Below are positions 13,888 to 28,642 of a stretch of DNA of 64,000 bases, piece after piece (the stretch's first letter is position 1; each line of letters begins with the position of its first letter). Location of the stretch: assembly GCA_951406725.2 (NCBI GenBank), contig OX597837.1:8804001-8868000 (forward strand). Reading direction: 5' to 3'. The DNA comes from Octopus vulgaris. Taxonomy: Eukaryota. Made by a program: the position numbers and the translations under genes. Under the pieces are notes generated by a model. That model did no database searches and had not been told where the DNA came from. It was given only the letters and a program-made list of their open reading frames with translations.

Positions 13888-14302
13888 CTCTTTTTCTCTT
13901 TTCTCTTTTACTTGTTTCAGTCATTTGACTGAGGCCATGCTGGAGCACCGCCTTTAGTCGAGCAACTCGACCCCGGGACTTATTCTTTTGTAAGCCCAGT
14001 ACTTATTCTATCGGTCTCTTTTGCCGAACCGCTAAGTAACGGGGACATAAACACACCAGCATCGGTTGTCAAGCAATGTTAGGGGGACAAACACACACAC
14101 ACAAACACATACATACATATATATATATGCATACATACATACGACAGGCTTCTTTCAGTTTCCGTCTACCAAATCCATTCACAAGGCATTGGTCGGCCCG
14201 GGGCTATAGCAGAAGACACTTGCTCAAGATGCCACGCAATGGAACTGAACCCGGAACCATGTGGTTGGTTAGCAAGCTACTTACCACACAGCCACTCCTG
14301 CG

Positions 14303-14304
<2 letters not shown>
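13888..14304 (-). mobile_element. Family C SINE, full length
   Basis: Collinear with the other copies. Confidence 0.92.
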
Positions 14305-14348
<44 letters not shown>

Positions 14349-14361
<13 letters not shown>

Positions 14362-14728
14362 GGCAGTTTGTCTGTGCGTGTTTCTGTGTGTCTGTTTGCT
14401 TGTACCCTCACCCTGACCACGGCTTTCAACCGATTCTGATGAAACTTGACACACACATAGCCCAATGTCATAATTCAAAACTAACGCAGCGAAAATTTTG
14501 AAAAGTTCCCCCAGTTCTGAAAAAAATCGATAAATTCGACATGGGGTCGAGAATCAGGAATACGAACCACAAACTGTCTAGGGGACGCAACTCTACCTTT
14601 TTTAAATCTCAAAAAAAAATTTACCATCATTTTTTCCATTTTTTTGCTATTTTTTTGCTATAACTCTCTAAAAATGCTTTATAGTTATTTCCCTTACAAA
14701 CCTGAGCAACGCCGGGCGATACTGCTAG
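14349..14728 (+). mobile_element. Non-autonomous Helitron
   Basis: 3' end CCTGAGCAACGCCGGG (imperfect hairpin)-CGATACTG-CTAG followed by T. The 5' end (TATATATATAAA..GTCTGTG) is buried in a TA run. No TSD. Confidence 0.75.
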
Positions 14729-15122
14729 TATATATATATATGTATTAATATATATATGTAACTATATGTATGTATTTACATATCTCTATCTATCAATCTA
14801 TCTATCTATCCATATATGTGACGTTATATGAAATAGGTATCATATTATATGCGTATATAATATGAGGTATGTTTTAAATTTTACTCTCTATTTAATTAAG
14901 CAGCACACATTATATGATGCCTCATTTGCATAGATTCTTCATGATGATTAGTGATTGTGCATATATTATGTATATTCCACATCGTTTCGCTTCGTCTGTC
15001 GATGTCTCCTTTCCTTTTGACACACACATACACACACAGACGCACGCACACGCACGCACACAAATAACACACATATATACATACATACACACACATATGT
15101 ATACATACATACATACATACAC

Positions 15123-15187
<65 letters not shown>

Positions 15188-15557
15188 TATAGAGTTAAGA
15201 TTTTTTCAGTTATTGACTTCAACCTTGACGTAGAGAGAAGCGTACACAAATAGTGGCCACCACAACTAAATCCCAAAGCAGAAAAGCAGGTAATATGGAA
15301 AGTCAAGAATTCTTTACATACAGTATGACGAAAGGAAAGCAATCAGTATATGTGCTTATTCGTTGTGGCGTCTGTGAATCCTTCTGATTCTCCAAGAGAT
15401 ACGGTATGTTCAGCAACTCACGCTGAATTCAAATTAACTTTCGAAACCGTATAACTGTTTCTTTGCGAGTTTTCATTCGAAAAATAACTATCTTTACGCT
15501 TTCAAGGCACTGAGTTGTCTTTCCCTGGGTTGTATACCTGTAGGTAACGCAACACAA

Positions 15558-15559
<2 letters not shown>

Positions 15560-15589
<30 letters not shown>

Positions 15590-15812
15590 CTTCTTCTTCT
15601 TCTTCTTCTTCTTCTTCTTCTTCTTCTTCTTCTTCTTCTTCTTCTTCTTCTTTATCTTCGTCTACTCCTCCCTCTTCTTCTTCTTTTTCTTCTCCTTCTT
15701 ATCTTCTTCTTCTTCTCTTCTTCCTCTTCTCCTTCTTCTTCTTTTTCTTCTTCCTCTTCTCCTTGTTCTTCTTCTTCGTCTTCTTCTTCTTCTTCTTCGT
15801 CTTCTTCTTCTT
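15560..15812. repeat. (TTC)n microsatellite
   Basis: Read directly from the sequence. Confidence 0.98.
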
Positions 15813-15900
15813 CCACTTCATCGTACGAATGCTGCTTTTCCCTTTTAGTTTCTTCTCTCTCTCATCTCTGTCTGTCTCTCTCCTCTCTCTCTCTCTCTCT

Positions 15901-16003
<103 letters not shown>

Positions 16004-16783
16004 GTGATTGAATCTACGTACATATATTGGTGTGTACGTATATAGGAATTTGTTTATGTCTGTATATGCATGTACCCACACACACAAACATATATGTATA
16101 TATATATACATCAATATATATACACACACATATATATATGTACATACACACACACACACACTCTCACACACATATATAACCATATATATATATATATATA
16201 TATATAAAAGGAGACAAAGACCTAACGCACAAATATTGTCATGAATTATCAGATCGCTGCAACAAAGCAAAAACGTCAGGTTTCAGTTTTATTACTTCGT
16301 ACGTGCTTCAGGCTTCGCAACAGAACAATTTATTGGACTGCTCCGACTTCGTCTGAATTTTCCAAGGTTCATTACAAATTCGACGATCACAGATAGAACT
16401 GTAACGTTGACATCAGACATTAGTCGGCCGTAAGTAGTTGCTATATGGTAGTTAGTAGCTTGTTGTCTCCTTAGATACTGCAGTAGAATTGTGTAGAATA
16501 TAATGGCGGTATAGAAAATTGTATTCATTAGTAGGTGCGATGCGGCGAGAAGGAGAATGTTTCGACATTTTAATACACAGAGGGAGAGAGAGAGAGAGAG
16601 AAAAACTAGTTAGTTTATTAAGAATTTATAGAATTTGCATTCAAAAGGTTGTATCGCATCCTTCTCTAAACATTTGCATTTATACATATGCATAGAACTA
16701 TGAATATGCGATTGTGTATGTACGTTGGCATATGTGCTTACGTAACACACACACACACTAACACTCTCTCACACACGTATATA

Positions 16784-16814
<31 letters not shown>

Positions 16815-16936
16815 GCATAATATATATATACGTATATTTATGTATATATATATGTATAATATATATACATATATTTATGTATAGATATATATGCATATAT
16901 GTATACATGTATATATATATATGTATATATATACGT

Positions 16937-16967
<31 letters not shown>

Positions 16968-17038
16968 GATAGATAGATAGATAGATAGATAGACAGATAC
17001 ATATACATATATATGCATATGTCTATGTATATATATGC

Positions 17039-17149
<111 letters not shown>

Positions 17150-17177
17150 CTCATACGCCGATGTATACTTCCATACA

Positions 17178-17227
<50 letters not shown>

Positions 17228-17428
17228 ATCATACGCCGATATATGCTTCCATACATGCATATATATATATATATTCTTATACTGTGTGTGTTTCGTAACG
17301 GAAATGTCCTATTTATGAAACTGTACATCACGTATTTAAAGATGCGACTAATAGCGTACTGTCAGTGAACTTTTGCTCCTGCCTCAGCTATGTTGCCAGT
17401 GGTGAAGTAGCTACCGCTGCCAGTAACT

Positions 17429-17467
<39 letters not shown>

Positions 17468-17681
17468 TTACTACTACTACTACTACTACCACTACTACTT
17501 GTCATAGTGTCTGTATATTTTTCTAGGTCCGCCATATAAGGAAGCGTTTATTCGAATACGTACTCTCGTTCTTCTTAGAGAGAGACAAGATAGACAGACA
17601 GATACATAAATAGATAGTTATATAAATGTACACGCAAAGACGTGCACGTACATTCACACATATACACGCACTCATATATAA

Positions 17682-17776
<95 letters not shown>

Positions 17777-17779
17777 TGT

Positions 17780-18069
17780 GGAGGTGCAATGGCCTAGTGG
17801 TTAGGGCAGCGGACTAGCGGTCGTAGGATCGCGGCTTCGATTCCCAGACCGGGCGTTGTGAGTGTTTATTGAGTGAAAACACCTAAAAGCTCCACCAGGC
17901 TCTGGCAGGGAGGGGGTGATCCCTGCTGTACTCTTTCGACACAACTTTCTCTCACTCTTTCTCCTTAGCTAGCGAGGTGGCGTCATTTGAGGGCTAAAAC
18001 AATGCGAAGCGCATTGTGACCAGCGATGTGTAGCAACATCTGATATCCTGGTCAGTCACGTGACGTGAT
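17780..18069 (+). mobile_element. Family T SINE
   Basis: Collinear with 13375-13679, including the GTCACGTGA tail. Confidence 0.9.
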
Positions 18070-18104
<35 letters not shown>

Positions 18105-18119
18105 CATATGAAACCGGCG

Positions 18120-18380
18120 GATACTGAAAGAAGCTTGTCGTATATATGTATGTGTTTGTATGTGTTTGTGTGTCTGTGTTTCTCCTCCCACCTCTATACA
18201 GCGCTTGACAACTAATAGTGGTGTGTGTACGTCCCTGTAACTTAGCGGTTCGGCAATAGAGGCCGATAGAATAAGTACTAGGCTTCCAAAGAGTAAGTCC
18301 TGGTGTCGATTTGCGTGACAAAGGTTGCGCTCCAGCATGGACATAGTCAAATTACTGAAACAAGTAAAAGAGAAAAGAGA
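18120..18380 (+). mobile_element. Family C SINE, 3' part
   Basis: ACTGAAAGAAGC..GTCG, CTTAGCGGTTCGGCAA, GATAGAATAAGTACT and the family tail. Confidence 0.8.
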
Positions 18381-18494
18381 GATTGGATATATAAATTTCA
18401 TGATGGATTTTTCTATATTAAAAACTATAATATAAAAATCTCTCACCAAAAGCTCATGACAAAAGCCTTTATATAGTGTTATGCACTGTGGAAT

Positions 18495-18825
18495 CTAAAA
18501 AAAAGACTCCGCCGGTTACGACGACGAGGGTCCCAGCTGATACGATCAACGTAACAGCTTGCTCGTGAAATTAACGTGCAAATGGCTGAGCATTCCACAG
18601 ACACGTGTACCCTTAACGTAGTTCTCGGGGATAATCAACGTGACACAGAATGGGATAAGGCTGGCCCTTTGAAATACAAGTACAACTCATTTTTGCCAGC
18701 TGAGTGGACTGGAGCAACGTGAAATAAAGTGTCTTGCCCAAGGACACAACGCGTCGCCGGGAGTCGAACTCACAACCTTACGATCATGAGCCGAATGCCC
18801 TAACCACTAAGCCACGCGCCCTCAC
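18495..18825 (-). mobile_element. SINE with family V-type head/body and a different 3' tail
   Basis: Shares the head and CACGTTGCTCCAGTCCACTCAGCTGGCAAAAATGAGT with family V. 12-bp TSD GCACTGTGGAAT (18483-18494 and 18826-18837). Confidence 0.9.
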
Positions 18826-19104
18826 GCACTGTGGAATAATCTGTACATGTATGTATATGCACGCAGGAGGAAAATCCCAGAAGAAGTAGAAATGGTATGA
18901 ACTACACTGATATTTTACAATAACGTTCTTTACTCCGAGTTTCGTTTTTACGCTTTTTCTTCACGATTCCAAATTTTATTGCCATGCTACATACGTTATC
19001 AATATGATACATTTGCTCTAACAAAATGTGACTAGTAACTACCGGTGTTGTATAGCTCGAAAGCGGATAATCCCGAATGAAATGTTTAGAATATTAAATA
19101 TATT

Positions 19105-19440
19105 GGTTCTTACCCAAAGGAGTCTCGGTTCATAATCACTACATGGCACCTAGGTTAAGTGTTTACTGCTATGGCTTCGGATCGACCAAAGCCTTGATTG
19201 GATCTGGTCGAGAGAAACTGAGCTGAAAGAAAACTATCGTGTGACCTCGTGTGTACCGTTGGCGATTTTTTTCATCTGTCTTCCCTTCTCTGGATCTTTC
19301 CCTCTCCTATGATTCCGACGAAGAGCTCCGCTCGAAACGTTAAACCCTCCTTCTTTCCTTCTTTCCTGAGCATCCAATAATACTACATTTGTTCCACGTC
19401 CACACGTTGTTGTGTTTTTTGTGCTTTCTTGTTTGGATTA

Positions 19441-19512
<72 letters not shown>

Positions 19513-19735
19513 CGTGTGTGTGTGTATGTGTGTGTGTGTGCGTGTGTGTGTGTGTGTGTATTTGTCTCCCGCCACCGCTTGGCAACCTGTGATGGTCTGC
19601 TTACATCCCGTGACTTAGCTATTCAGCAAAGGAAAACAATATAATATGTACTAGGCTTTAAAAAAACAAGTACTGCGGTTGACTCAGTCAATTAAAAATT
19701 CTTCTAAGCGGTGCCCCAGCATGGCCGCAGTGTAA
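19105..19735 (+). mobile_element. Old family C SINE, split by the family B element
   Basis: 5' half at 19105-19235, 3' half at 19550-19735. Confidence 0.7.
19240..19445 (+). mobile_element. Hammerhead-motif short element, family B, inserted in the internal microsatellite of a SINE
   Basis: GATT-CCGACGA-A-GAGC-TCC-GCTC-GAAACGTT-AAAC at 19311-19345. Collinear with 53413-53633. Confidence 0.7.
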
Positions 19736-19744
19736 TGTGGGAAA

Positions 19745-20117
19745 GACTGCGGTCATGCTGGAGCACCGCCTTTAATCGAGCAACTCGACCCCGGTACTTA
19801 TTCTTTTTGTAAGCCCAGTACTTATTCTATCGGTCTCTTTTGCCGAACCGCTAAGTAACGGGGACATAAACACACCAGCATCAGTTGTCAAGCAATGCTA
19901 GGGGTACAAACACAGACACACAAACAAACACACATACATATATATACATATATACGATGGGCTTCTTTCAGTTTCCGTCTACCAAATCCACTCACAAGGC
20001 ATTGGTCGGCCTGGGGCTATAGCAGAAGACACTTGCCCAAGATGCCACGCAGTGGGACTGAACCCGGAACCATGTGGTTGGTTAGCAAGCTACTTACCAC
20101 ACAGCCACTCCTGCGCC
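19745..20117 (-). mobile_element. Family C SINE
   Basis: Collinear with the other copies; 3' tail clipped. Confidence 0.92.
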
Positions 20118-21377
20118 TGTTGAGTAAACGAATAGAATAAAGGGAAAATATAATGATGTGGAAGGATGAATAAGAAAATAAGGAGCAGACGAGAAAGGGA
20201 GAGAAGAATATGGATTTTAAATACCATAGAGTTAGTGAGTAAATGCATATATGTTGGGCAAAGAGCGTAAATGCAAATAAGTAACTGTGAGAGAAGATAG
20301 AAATATGAATATTGCACGGAGATGCAAAAATAAAGTGAAGGAAAGCGGACAGATAAAGAGAAAGGAAAGATCTATGTATTATTAAAGCCTACGCGATAAA
20401 GCGGTATAGATTCCTGCACTGATAAACATAATTTCAAGAGAAATGAGAATAAGAGAGAGAGTGAGAGAGAGAGGAATCCTAATAAGATAAATAGGAAGAA
20501 AAGAAAAGCAGGAAATAGGATAGACATACTTATTCACAGTACAGGAAGGACAAGTGATCGTTACTTAAATAAGCTGAAGTGCAATGGTGTAAGGTAACAA
20601 AAGATTTTACGTCGCTTTTGGAGTTATGGGGGAAAGCGTAGTCAGGTTAACAAAAGTCTGTTGTTATCATAACAAAGGCCCTTGAAATGCAGTTAGCTAC
20701 TAGAGAGCTTTTGACACAAAGATTCATGTTAGGGAAGAAAACCCTAATTATCCAACGGATGTTTACTCTACTGCAAATATCGTAGAATAACGATCGAGGA
20801 ATTTGAAAGCATTTCGAAGAAATTCTTGTTACAATAATATACATGCCGCTATAATATAACGTTTAATTTTTTCTTTTTTTCTCGCTAAATGAAATTGTTT
20901 GGGTGAGAATATTTTGGAATATTTTCATTTCAAGAATATTAAAATTCACGAAATGTTACACAAATTATACGTCTAAGAACTGAAAAAACACGATCGGGAT
21001 TCTCCAGAATAGGGATTTGAGAATTCGCCAACTGAACACATTATTCTAAAGTTTGCAGTCTCTTCCCCTTTCACCCTCCAGAGATTGATTTCTGTTTGGC
21101 GAAAGTCAGAACGAATGCGTATGATGTGTGTATCTGTTCTTAAAGGTTATATGTACTCTAAACCAATACATTCTCAATGATCAGTAAGTTTAAATTCATT
21201 TCAAAGATTATGTTGGTACATTGTTGTATCGGGATGCATTGAAATTGGTTGATGCAAATTGCGCTGCGAACCCGTTCACACACACACAAACATGCACCAA
21301 CACACACATGCACTCACACACATACAAATACACGCACAAGCACACGCACACATGCATATATATATGTGTGTGTGTGT

Positions 21378-21603
21378 GGAGGTGCAATGGCCCAGTGGTT
21401 AGGACAGCGGACTCTTCGTCAGAGGATCGTGGTTTCGATTCCTAGACCGGGCATTGTGTGTGTTTATTCAGCGAAAACACCTAAAAGCTCAACGATGCTC
21501 TGGCAGGGGGTGGTCGTGGCCCCTGTTGTACTCTTTCGCCCCAACTTTCCCTCACTCTTTCTTCCTGTTTCTTGAGCAACGCTGTGATAGACTGGCGTCC
21601 GTC
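21378..21603 (+). mobile_element. Family T head with a family V tail (chimeric SINE)
   Basis: Family T head and body, then GAGCAACGCTGTGATAGACTGGCGTCCGTC as in 13205-13235. Confidence 0.75.
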
Positions 21604-21765
21604 ACTACACATGTGCAGCTGGAGATTTCTTTTCCTTCTTTGGACTTCTCCGTTTCTCCATTCCGACGAAGAGCTATGCTTGAAACATCAAACTCTCTCC
21701 TTTCACCAAGCGTCCTCACGTTCGTTTTGTTTTTCGTTAGTTTTTTTGTCTTGTTATTACATTAT
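21603..21765 (+). mobile_element. Hammerhead-motif short element, diverged family B-like copy
   Basis: TT-CCGACGA-A-GAGC-TAT-GCTT-GAAACATC-AAAC at about 21661-21693. Confidence 0.55.
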
Positions 21766-22309
21766 TTAAAATGACAATGTGTGTGTGTGTCTGTGCGTGT
21801 GTGCGTGTATTATGTATATATGATATATCTATCTATCTATCTATTTACTTTTATACAACCGGAAATGTACTGCAACTGGTTTAGGGTGGAAATTGTAGCG
21901 GGGTTTTAAAAAGTATTGTATTTCTATTTTGAAAAACCATCCTCAAAATTTATTGAAATACCATAGCAGGTTCAATATTTATTTGTTTTCAATGGAAAAT
22001 ATATGATTAAAATAACACAAGATGAAAGATTAATAGAAAGAGGATGCATCGGTTCCATACCGATAAAACATGTTTAAAAATCAAATGTTGTACAAGTTTC
22101 ATAGCCAAATTACATGACGAAAATTCAAATAGTCAATATTTTTCTCAATCGAAAATGATAAAAGTTCAAATATTCGATAAATTGCATAGCAATAATACAT
22201 GAGAGACAATTGAGAGAGTTCAATAGGTTTCAATGCAATAAATTATGTTGACAATTAGATATGATGAAGATATTAAAGAATATGAAATAACATTTGAAAA
22301 TAATATCCT

Positions 22310-22600
<291 letters not shown>

Positions 22601-22602
22601 TC

Positions 22603-22645
<43 letters not shown>

Positions 22646-22989
22646 TTATACATGTATATGTGTATGTATGTATGTTTGTGTGTATGTTTGTGTGTGCATA
22701 TGTATGTATATGTGTGAGTTCCTGTGTCTCTATAGTCGTTAATCTGAATCTATAACCATATTCAAGAATGAAACCGATAATTCCACAGAATTTGTCAAAC
22801 TAAGTTCACTTAACCGTTCGATAAATTACTACCAAGAAAATCCGACATTAGCTTATGAATTCCTATAATAAATATGAACGTCTAAATATCCTTGATGACA
22901 TTGCTACAGCTTGAGCGCAGTTGAAAAGAAAACTAAAATGAAAAAAAGATAACACCACTATGAATATCGGTTAAGACCAAATTCATTTT

Positions 22990-23700
22990 CAGGCATATTA
23001 CGTCTGACGTTACGTTCTGAGTTCAAATTCCGTCGAGGTCGACTTTGCTTTTCATCCTTTCAGTTACGTACTGGGGTCGATATAATCGCCTTAATCCGTT
23101 TGTCTGTCCTTGTTTGTCCTCTCTGTGTTTAGCTCCTTGTGGGTAGTAAAGAAATAGGTATTTTGTCTGTCGTTACGTTCTGAGTTCACATTCCAGCGAG
23201 GCTGTCTTTGCCTTTCATTCTTTCGGGGTCGATACATTATGCACCAGTAATCAACATATGGCCTACCCTAAAATTTAAGGCTTTCTGACTATAGTAGAAA
23301 GGGTTATTATTAATCCTTATTTATTAATCTTTATAATTAATATCATGCCGAGCTGGCAGAAACGTTGGCACGCTGGGCGAAATGCCTATCGGTATTTCGT
23401 ATGTCGTTATGTTCTGAGTTCAAATTCCGCCGAGATCTACTTTGCCTTTCATCCTTTCAGGATCGATAAATTCAGTATCAGTTGCGTGCTGGGGTCGATC
23501 TAATCGACTGGCTCCCTCCCACAAAATTTTGGGCATTGTGCCTAGAGTAGAAAAAATACAGGAGTCTTGTGTTGCATAGTACATTATAAATTTCTACCTT
23601 TAGCAGGTCGATAAAAAAAGGATCATTTGAACACGGGGGTCGATGCATTCGACTTAGACCCTTTCTCGAACATGCCGGCTTTGCAACAAAATTTGAAACC
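22990..23700 (+). mobile_element. Cluster of four family M SINE copies or fragments; the first has the Tx1-like tail
   Basis: Repeated GTTCTGAGTTCAAATTCC..CGAGG cores at about 23015, 23180 and 23412, plus a fragment near 23600. Confidence 0.88.
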
Positions 23701-24004
23701 ATCATCCTCATCATCATCACCACCACCACCACCACCATCACCACCATAACTACTACTACTACTACTACTACTACTTGCTTTACCGATTTCTTTTGAGTTT
23801 AAACCATTAGAATTCTCTGTACCAATATTCTTCCTGACAATAACATCTGTCGTTTCATCTCGCCAATATTTAGTGAAATTGCATTCAGACTACTTGGGGT
23901 GAAGTAATTTCGAGATGTTATTTGAATAAAATCAGAACGATTTAAGTTAGTCTTAACATATATTATACGTGGAACTTTTAGAAACTAACTAGAAATCATT
24001 GCGT

Positions 24005-24640
24005 AATCACAGATATGACTTCGCATTCTGTCGAATAACGTTACTCCGGAGATTCTTTGGAGAATCGCCATTTCAACCGGTTGTATTCGCGATCGTATTC
24101 TTTCAGTATTACCCAGCGTTCGTGACCATAGATGAAGACCATATGCCCAGAAATTGAATTGAAGCCAATAAGTTTGTTGGGTTATTTCTTAACAACCCCC
24201 ACCTTTTTTGAGGATCGAATGCTTAATCTGTCGCATTACTTTGTCAGCAGTAACAATACTTGCAAAAAAATTCATAATTCTTTACTACCCACAAGGGGCT
24301 AAACACAGAGAGGACAAACAAGGATAGACATAGGTATTAAGTCGATTATATCGACCCCAGTTCGTAACTGGTTCTTATTTAATCGACCCCGAAAGGATGA
24401 AAGGCAAAGTCGACCTCGGCGGAATTTGAACTCAGAATGTAGCGGTAGACGAAATACCTGAAAGCATTTCGCCCGGTGTGCTAACGTTTCTGTCAGCTCG
24501 CTGCCTTCAACTTGCAAAAAAATTCAACCACCGGCTTTCCATCGCGTGTGAATAAGGACCCAAGATACTGAAACTTTTCTACTTGTTTCAGCGACGTACT
24601 ATCAAAATGTAATGTGCACCAGGAAGAATTTCTTGAGTCT
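24005..24640 (-). pseudogene. Decayed RTE-clade LINE RT fragment, interrupted by a SINE at 24275-24509
   Basis: Minus-strand translation: LKQVEKFQYLGSLFTRDGK...[SINE]...FIYGHERWV..ERIRSRIQPVEMAILQRISGVTLFDRMRS, typical of RTE/Expander. Confidence 0.85.
24275..24509 (-). mobile_element. Family M SINE with Tx1-like tail and perfect 17-bp TSD
   Basis: TSD ACTTGCAAAAAAATTCA at 24258-24274 and 24510-24526. Confidence 0.93.
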
Positions 24641-24994
24641 TGGCAATGCCTTCTCTCTGTAATAGATTAGAGACAGTCATGGCTGGAAGGCTTGACTATC
24701 TTTGTCGAAAAGTTTTTCATACTCAATAAGCCTTGTGACTTTAATCTAACCGACGACTACCACATCAATGGAACAGACTGATACTGAGTTTGACGTTTCG
24801 GTTTATTAGCCGTCATCAAGCTGGCGGTGAGTTAGCCAATACTCTGAACTCTTTGTCAATTTTTTCCGTCTAAAAACTAAATGCGTACTCTACAAAAAAG
24901 GACTGAGTAACCTTCGAATTAATGTTGAATTGGTTTTTATAACTTTGAAATAAAACAAGAATATATGCTTGTTTTATTATATATATTAGATAGA

Positions 24995-25155
24995 TCGGTA
25001 GCCACTACACACATTTTTCTCTCCTTATTTCTTTCTGTGGAAGAGTGTAGGCTCGAAACGTTAAAGACTTTTTCATTTCCTGAGCGTTATACTAATACAT
25101 CTGTTTGTTTTCTACACCTCCTGTCTTCATCTTTTGTTTCTTCTTGAATTCTCCC
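24995..25155 (+). mobile_element. Hammerhead-motif short element, family A
   Basis: TCTTT-CTGTGGA-A-GAGT-GTAG-GCTC-GAAACGTT-AAAGAC at about 25030-25068. Same 5' CCACTACACAC and 3' CCC-TATA ends as the 2850 copy. Confidence 0.65.
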
Positions 25156-25169
25156 TATACATATATATA

Positions 25170-25557
25170 CAGGAGTGGCTGTGTGGTAAGTAGCTTGCTA
25201 ACCAACCACATGGTTCCGGGTTCAGTCCCACTGCGTGACATCTTGGGCAAGTGTCTTCTGCTATAGCCCCGGGCCGACCAATGCCTTGTGAGTGGATTTG
25301 GTAGACGGAAACTGAAAGAAGCCTGTCGTATATGTGTATATATGTGTATGTGTGTGTGTGTGTTTGTGTGTTTGTCCCCCTAGCATTGCTTGACAACCGA
25401 TGCTGGTGTGTTTACGTCCCCGTCACTTAGCGGTTCGGCAAAAGAGACCGATAGAATAAGTACTGGGCTTACAAAGAATAAGTCCCGGGGTCGATTTGCT
25501 CGACTAAAGGCGGTGCTCCAGCATGGCCGCAGTCAAATGACTGAAACAAGTAAAAGA
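25170..25557 (+). mobile_element. Family C SINE, full length
   Basis: Collinear with the other copies. Confidence 0.92.
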
Positions 25558-25608
25558 TATAAGAAAGATAAAGATATATATATATATATATATATATGTA
25601 CATATATA

Positions 25609-25694
<86 letters not shown>

Positions 25695-28006
25695 ATACAG
25701 GGATATAATATCAGTGATGAGGAAGACAGAGGGAGAGAGGAATGGTTAGAGGGAAACAGACCGTGCGCGAGAAAGAGAGAGGGAGAAACAGGCAGCCAGA
25801 GTTTAGAGCGGTTTGTGCGTCCCTTTATCTTACGTATTTGCCCTCTCGTGCTGCTTCGAGACACTGGAGTATGTTTTACATTTCTTGTTTCGGAAGCTAT
25901 TACAATATGGATTTCATGAATATAATCAGCAATGATGATGATGTCTTTTTTTTCTTCTTTTCTCTCGTTGGGCAATCATGAACAATTAACACGAAAATAT
26001 TCAATAATTTTCAAATGATTATAAAATATTTATTCGCTTGAAGTTTTTAATATTCTCATTTGCAGGCAGAAATAATGGATTCCGTATTTAAATTATGTCG
26101 GATAATACAAATATTTATACTTTAAATATTTAAATAATAGTGTGTCCTATTTTATAGCATGTAATACTGGTGAAATAAACTGCTATATAATGTATTTAAC
26201 TTGTCAGCTTGGGTAACCAATAGCTAACAAACCAGTCATTAAAGAAACACACACACACAATTAATGAGCGAGGGATTTACTCAAGGACATCAACAGCACG
26301 AAAAATTACGGTCTTTTTATGGCTATCGTATTTAATTAAGTGAGAAAATTTAATTACATTTTATTGAGATTAAAATAATATTAGTCAATGAACTAACATT
26401 TTCTCTTCAGCACTGTGTAAGTATTATTACTAATTCATTTGAATTTTTTTTTCGCACTTTTTTTTTCCTGTTACTACATTAAATAATACTCCAGCAATAA
26501 CTTGACTGCTATTATCTGTGCGGATGGGGACACTGAGTAATTTCCCTCAGTCATAATAAGAATTGTTGACTGGTATATTATTCTATATCAAATACATAGT
26601 ATGTTTCGTCACTTATAAGTAAAGAGAAGGACATGCTTCGCTGTGGAGGTCAAATGGGACAGAAACATATGGGTTGTTGTAACCTCTACTTTTCATATAA
26701 ATGCTGTTAGTATCATCAAATATTAAATGAATACGGAGCAAGGAATCGCTAGACCAATAGATGATAATCCTGTTATATATTAAGAAATGACATAGGGATT
26801 AAAATGAACAGATTAAAGATTGGTCGCTATTTAGTATACAATTTAGTTATTGTAGGTTTACTATTAATACCGATACCTAGATTTACGCATAGATTTATGT
26901 GTTTCTTTGTTGTAGTTGAATTTTCTTTTTGTATAACTTAAAGTATTGGTCGCTGTTTAGCTACATCTTTAGGAGTTGGTTATAGATTTACTTATTGAAT
27001 TTATTTCGGGTCCGCTGTTTCGATTGGAGCCTCCAGCTAAATGAAAATTTCCTGACCTCAGAAAATAGATTCTAAGCAACTTGTTGTTTTAATGGCAGAA
27101 GAAAGAGGGAAATTTCATTAGAAAAACGTTTTAATCGCTTTTCTCGGTAAGTTTGGGGGTTAGGAAAAAAATACAAACTGCATTCCAATCTATGCACCCA
27201 TCTCCACATGTGTGTCGTTTTTCATCGAGCCATTTGGCTGTGAACCTCAAGACAAGAAAGAATAAAACGATCGCCCATATCCAATTTATATAATAGAATA
27301 TATATATGATGTATATATATATATATATATATATGCACACATTAAGAGACAAAGAACATGTTACGGCATTACAATAAACGTTCCTTTTCATTGTTAGTTA
27401 CCACAAGCATTACAAGTAGAACCCGAAACTTCCATAACTTGTGTTTCCATTACCGAAAATTTTGAATTTATGTAATCTTCCAAATTTTACGATTTATTGC
27501 TTGATGATTCATTTCTGAAAAAGTTTTGATGACGAAGTCGCTCCAGACTTCAATTTTAAAAAAGGTGTTTTGATCTAACACTTGTATGGAGTATGTCGTC
27601 ATGAAATACGGCCTGTTAGCTTCAATTTAATTGGAAATAAGAATAAAGCATTATATATAAATATATGTGTACGTATGCATTAATGTATGTATGTATATAT
27701 GTTTGTCTGTGTGTATTATATATATAGAGAGATATAACTATAGTATCCGTATATGTGTATAAGCACATATATACAAATGTGTATATATGAATACATGCAA
27801 ATAGACACATAGGAGAACGCTCATATACAACGGTATATATGTGTGTATGTATATATATATGTGTGTGTGCGTGTGTGTATACGTGTGTGTGTGTTTATGT
27901 GTGCGTCTCATACGTAGATACGTAATGGAACTTCAAACATATCTCTTTATTTCCCCATCAGTCTATCTCCTACCCACATACCTACCAACCGATCTATCTA
28001 TCTAAA

Positions 28007-28112
<106 letters not shown>

Positions 28113-28155
28113 TTCTCTTTCTCTTTCTCTCAATCTCTTTCCCTGTTTCTCTCTT

Positions 28156-28205
<50 letters not shown>

Positions 28206-28388
28206 GTACTGGAGGAGTGGATTGAATTTTAAAATGTACTGAGTGAATGGGTTTCTTTTCTGTTTTCCTTCTGTGGAACATCTTATAATGAAATTATGAG
28301 GTAGACACATCCTCTGAAAGACAAATAGGCTTAATTTGCTTGTGGTGCTGTTCATTTAATTTTTATGTTATATGCGTATATCTATATA

Positions 28389-28436
<48 letters not shown>

Positions 28437-28497
28437 TATATATATATACATAAATATATTTGCATGTATATAAGTATATATATATTTATATATATAG

Positions 28498-28540
<43 letters not shown>

Positions 28541-28599
28541 TATGTATGTATGTCTTTCTTTCTCTTTCTAATATATTAATGTATATCTAGATGTATATA

Positions 28600-28642
<43 letters not shown>

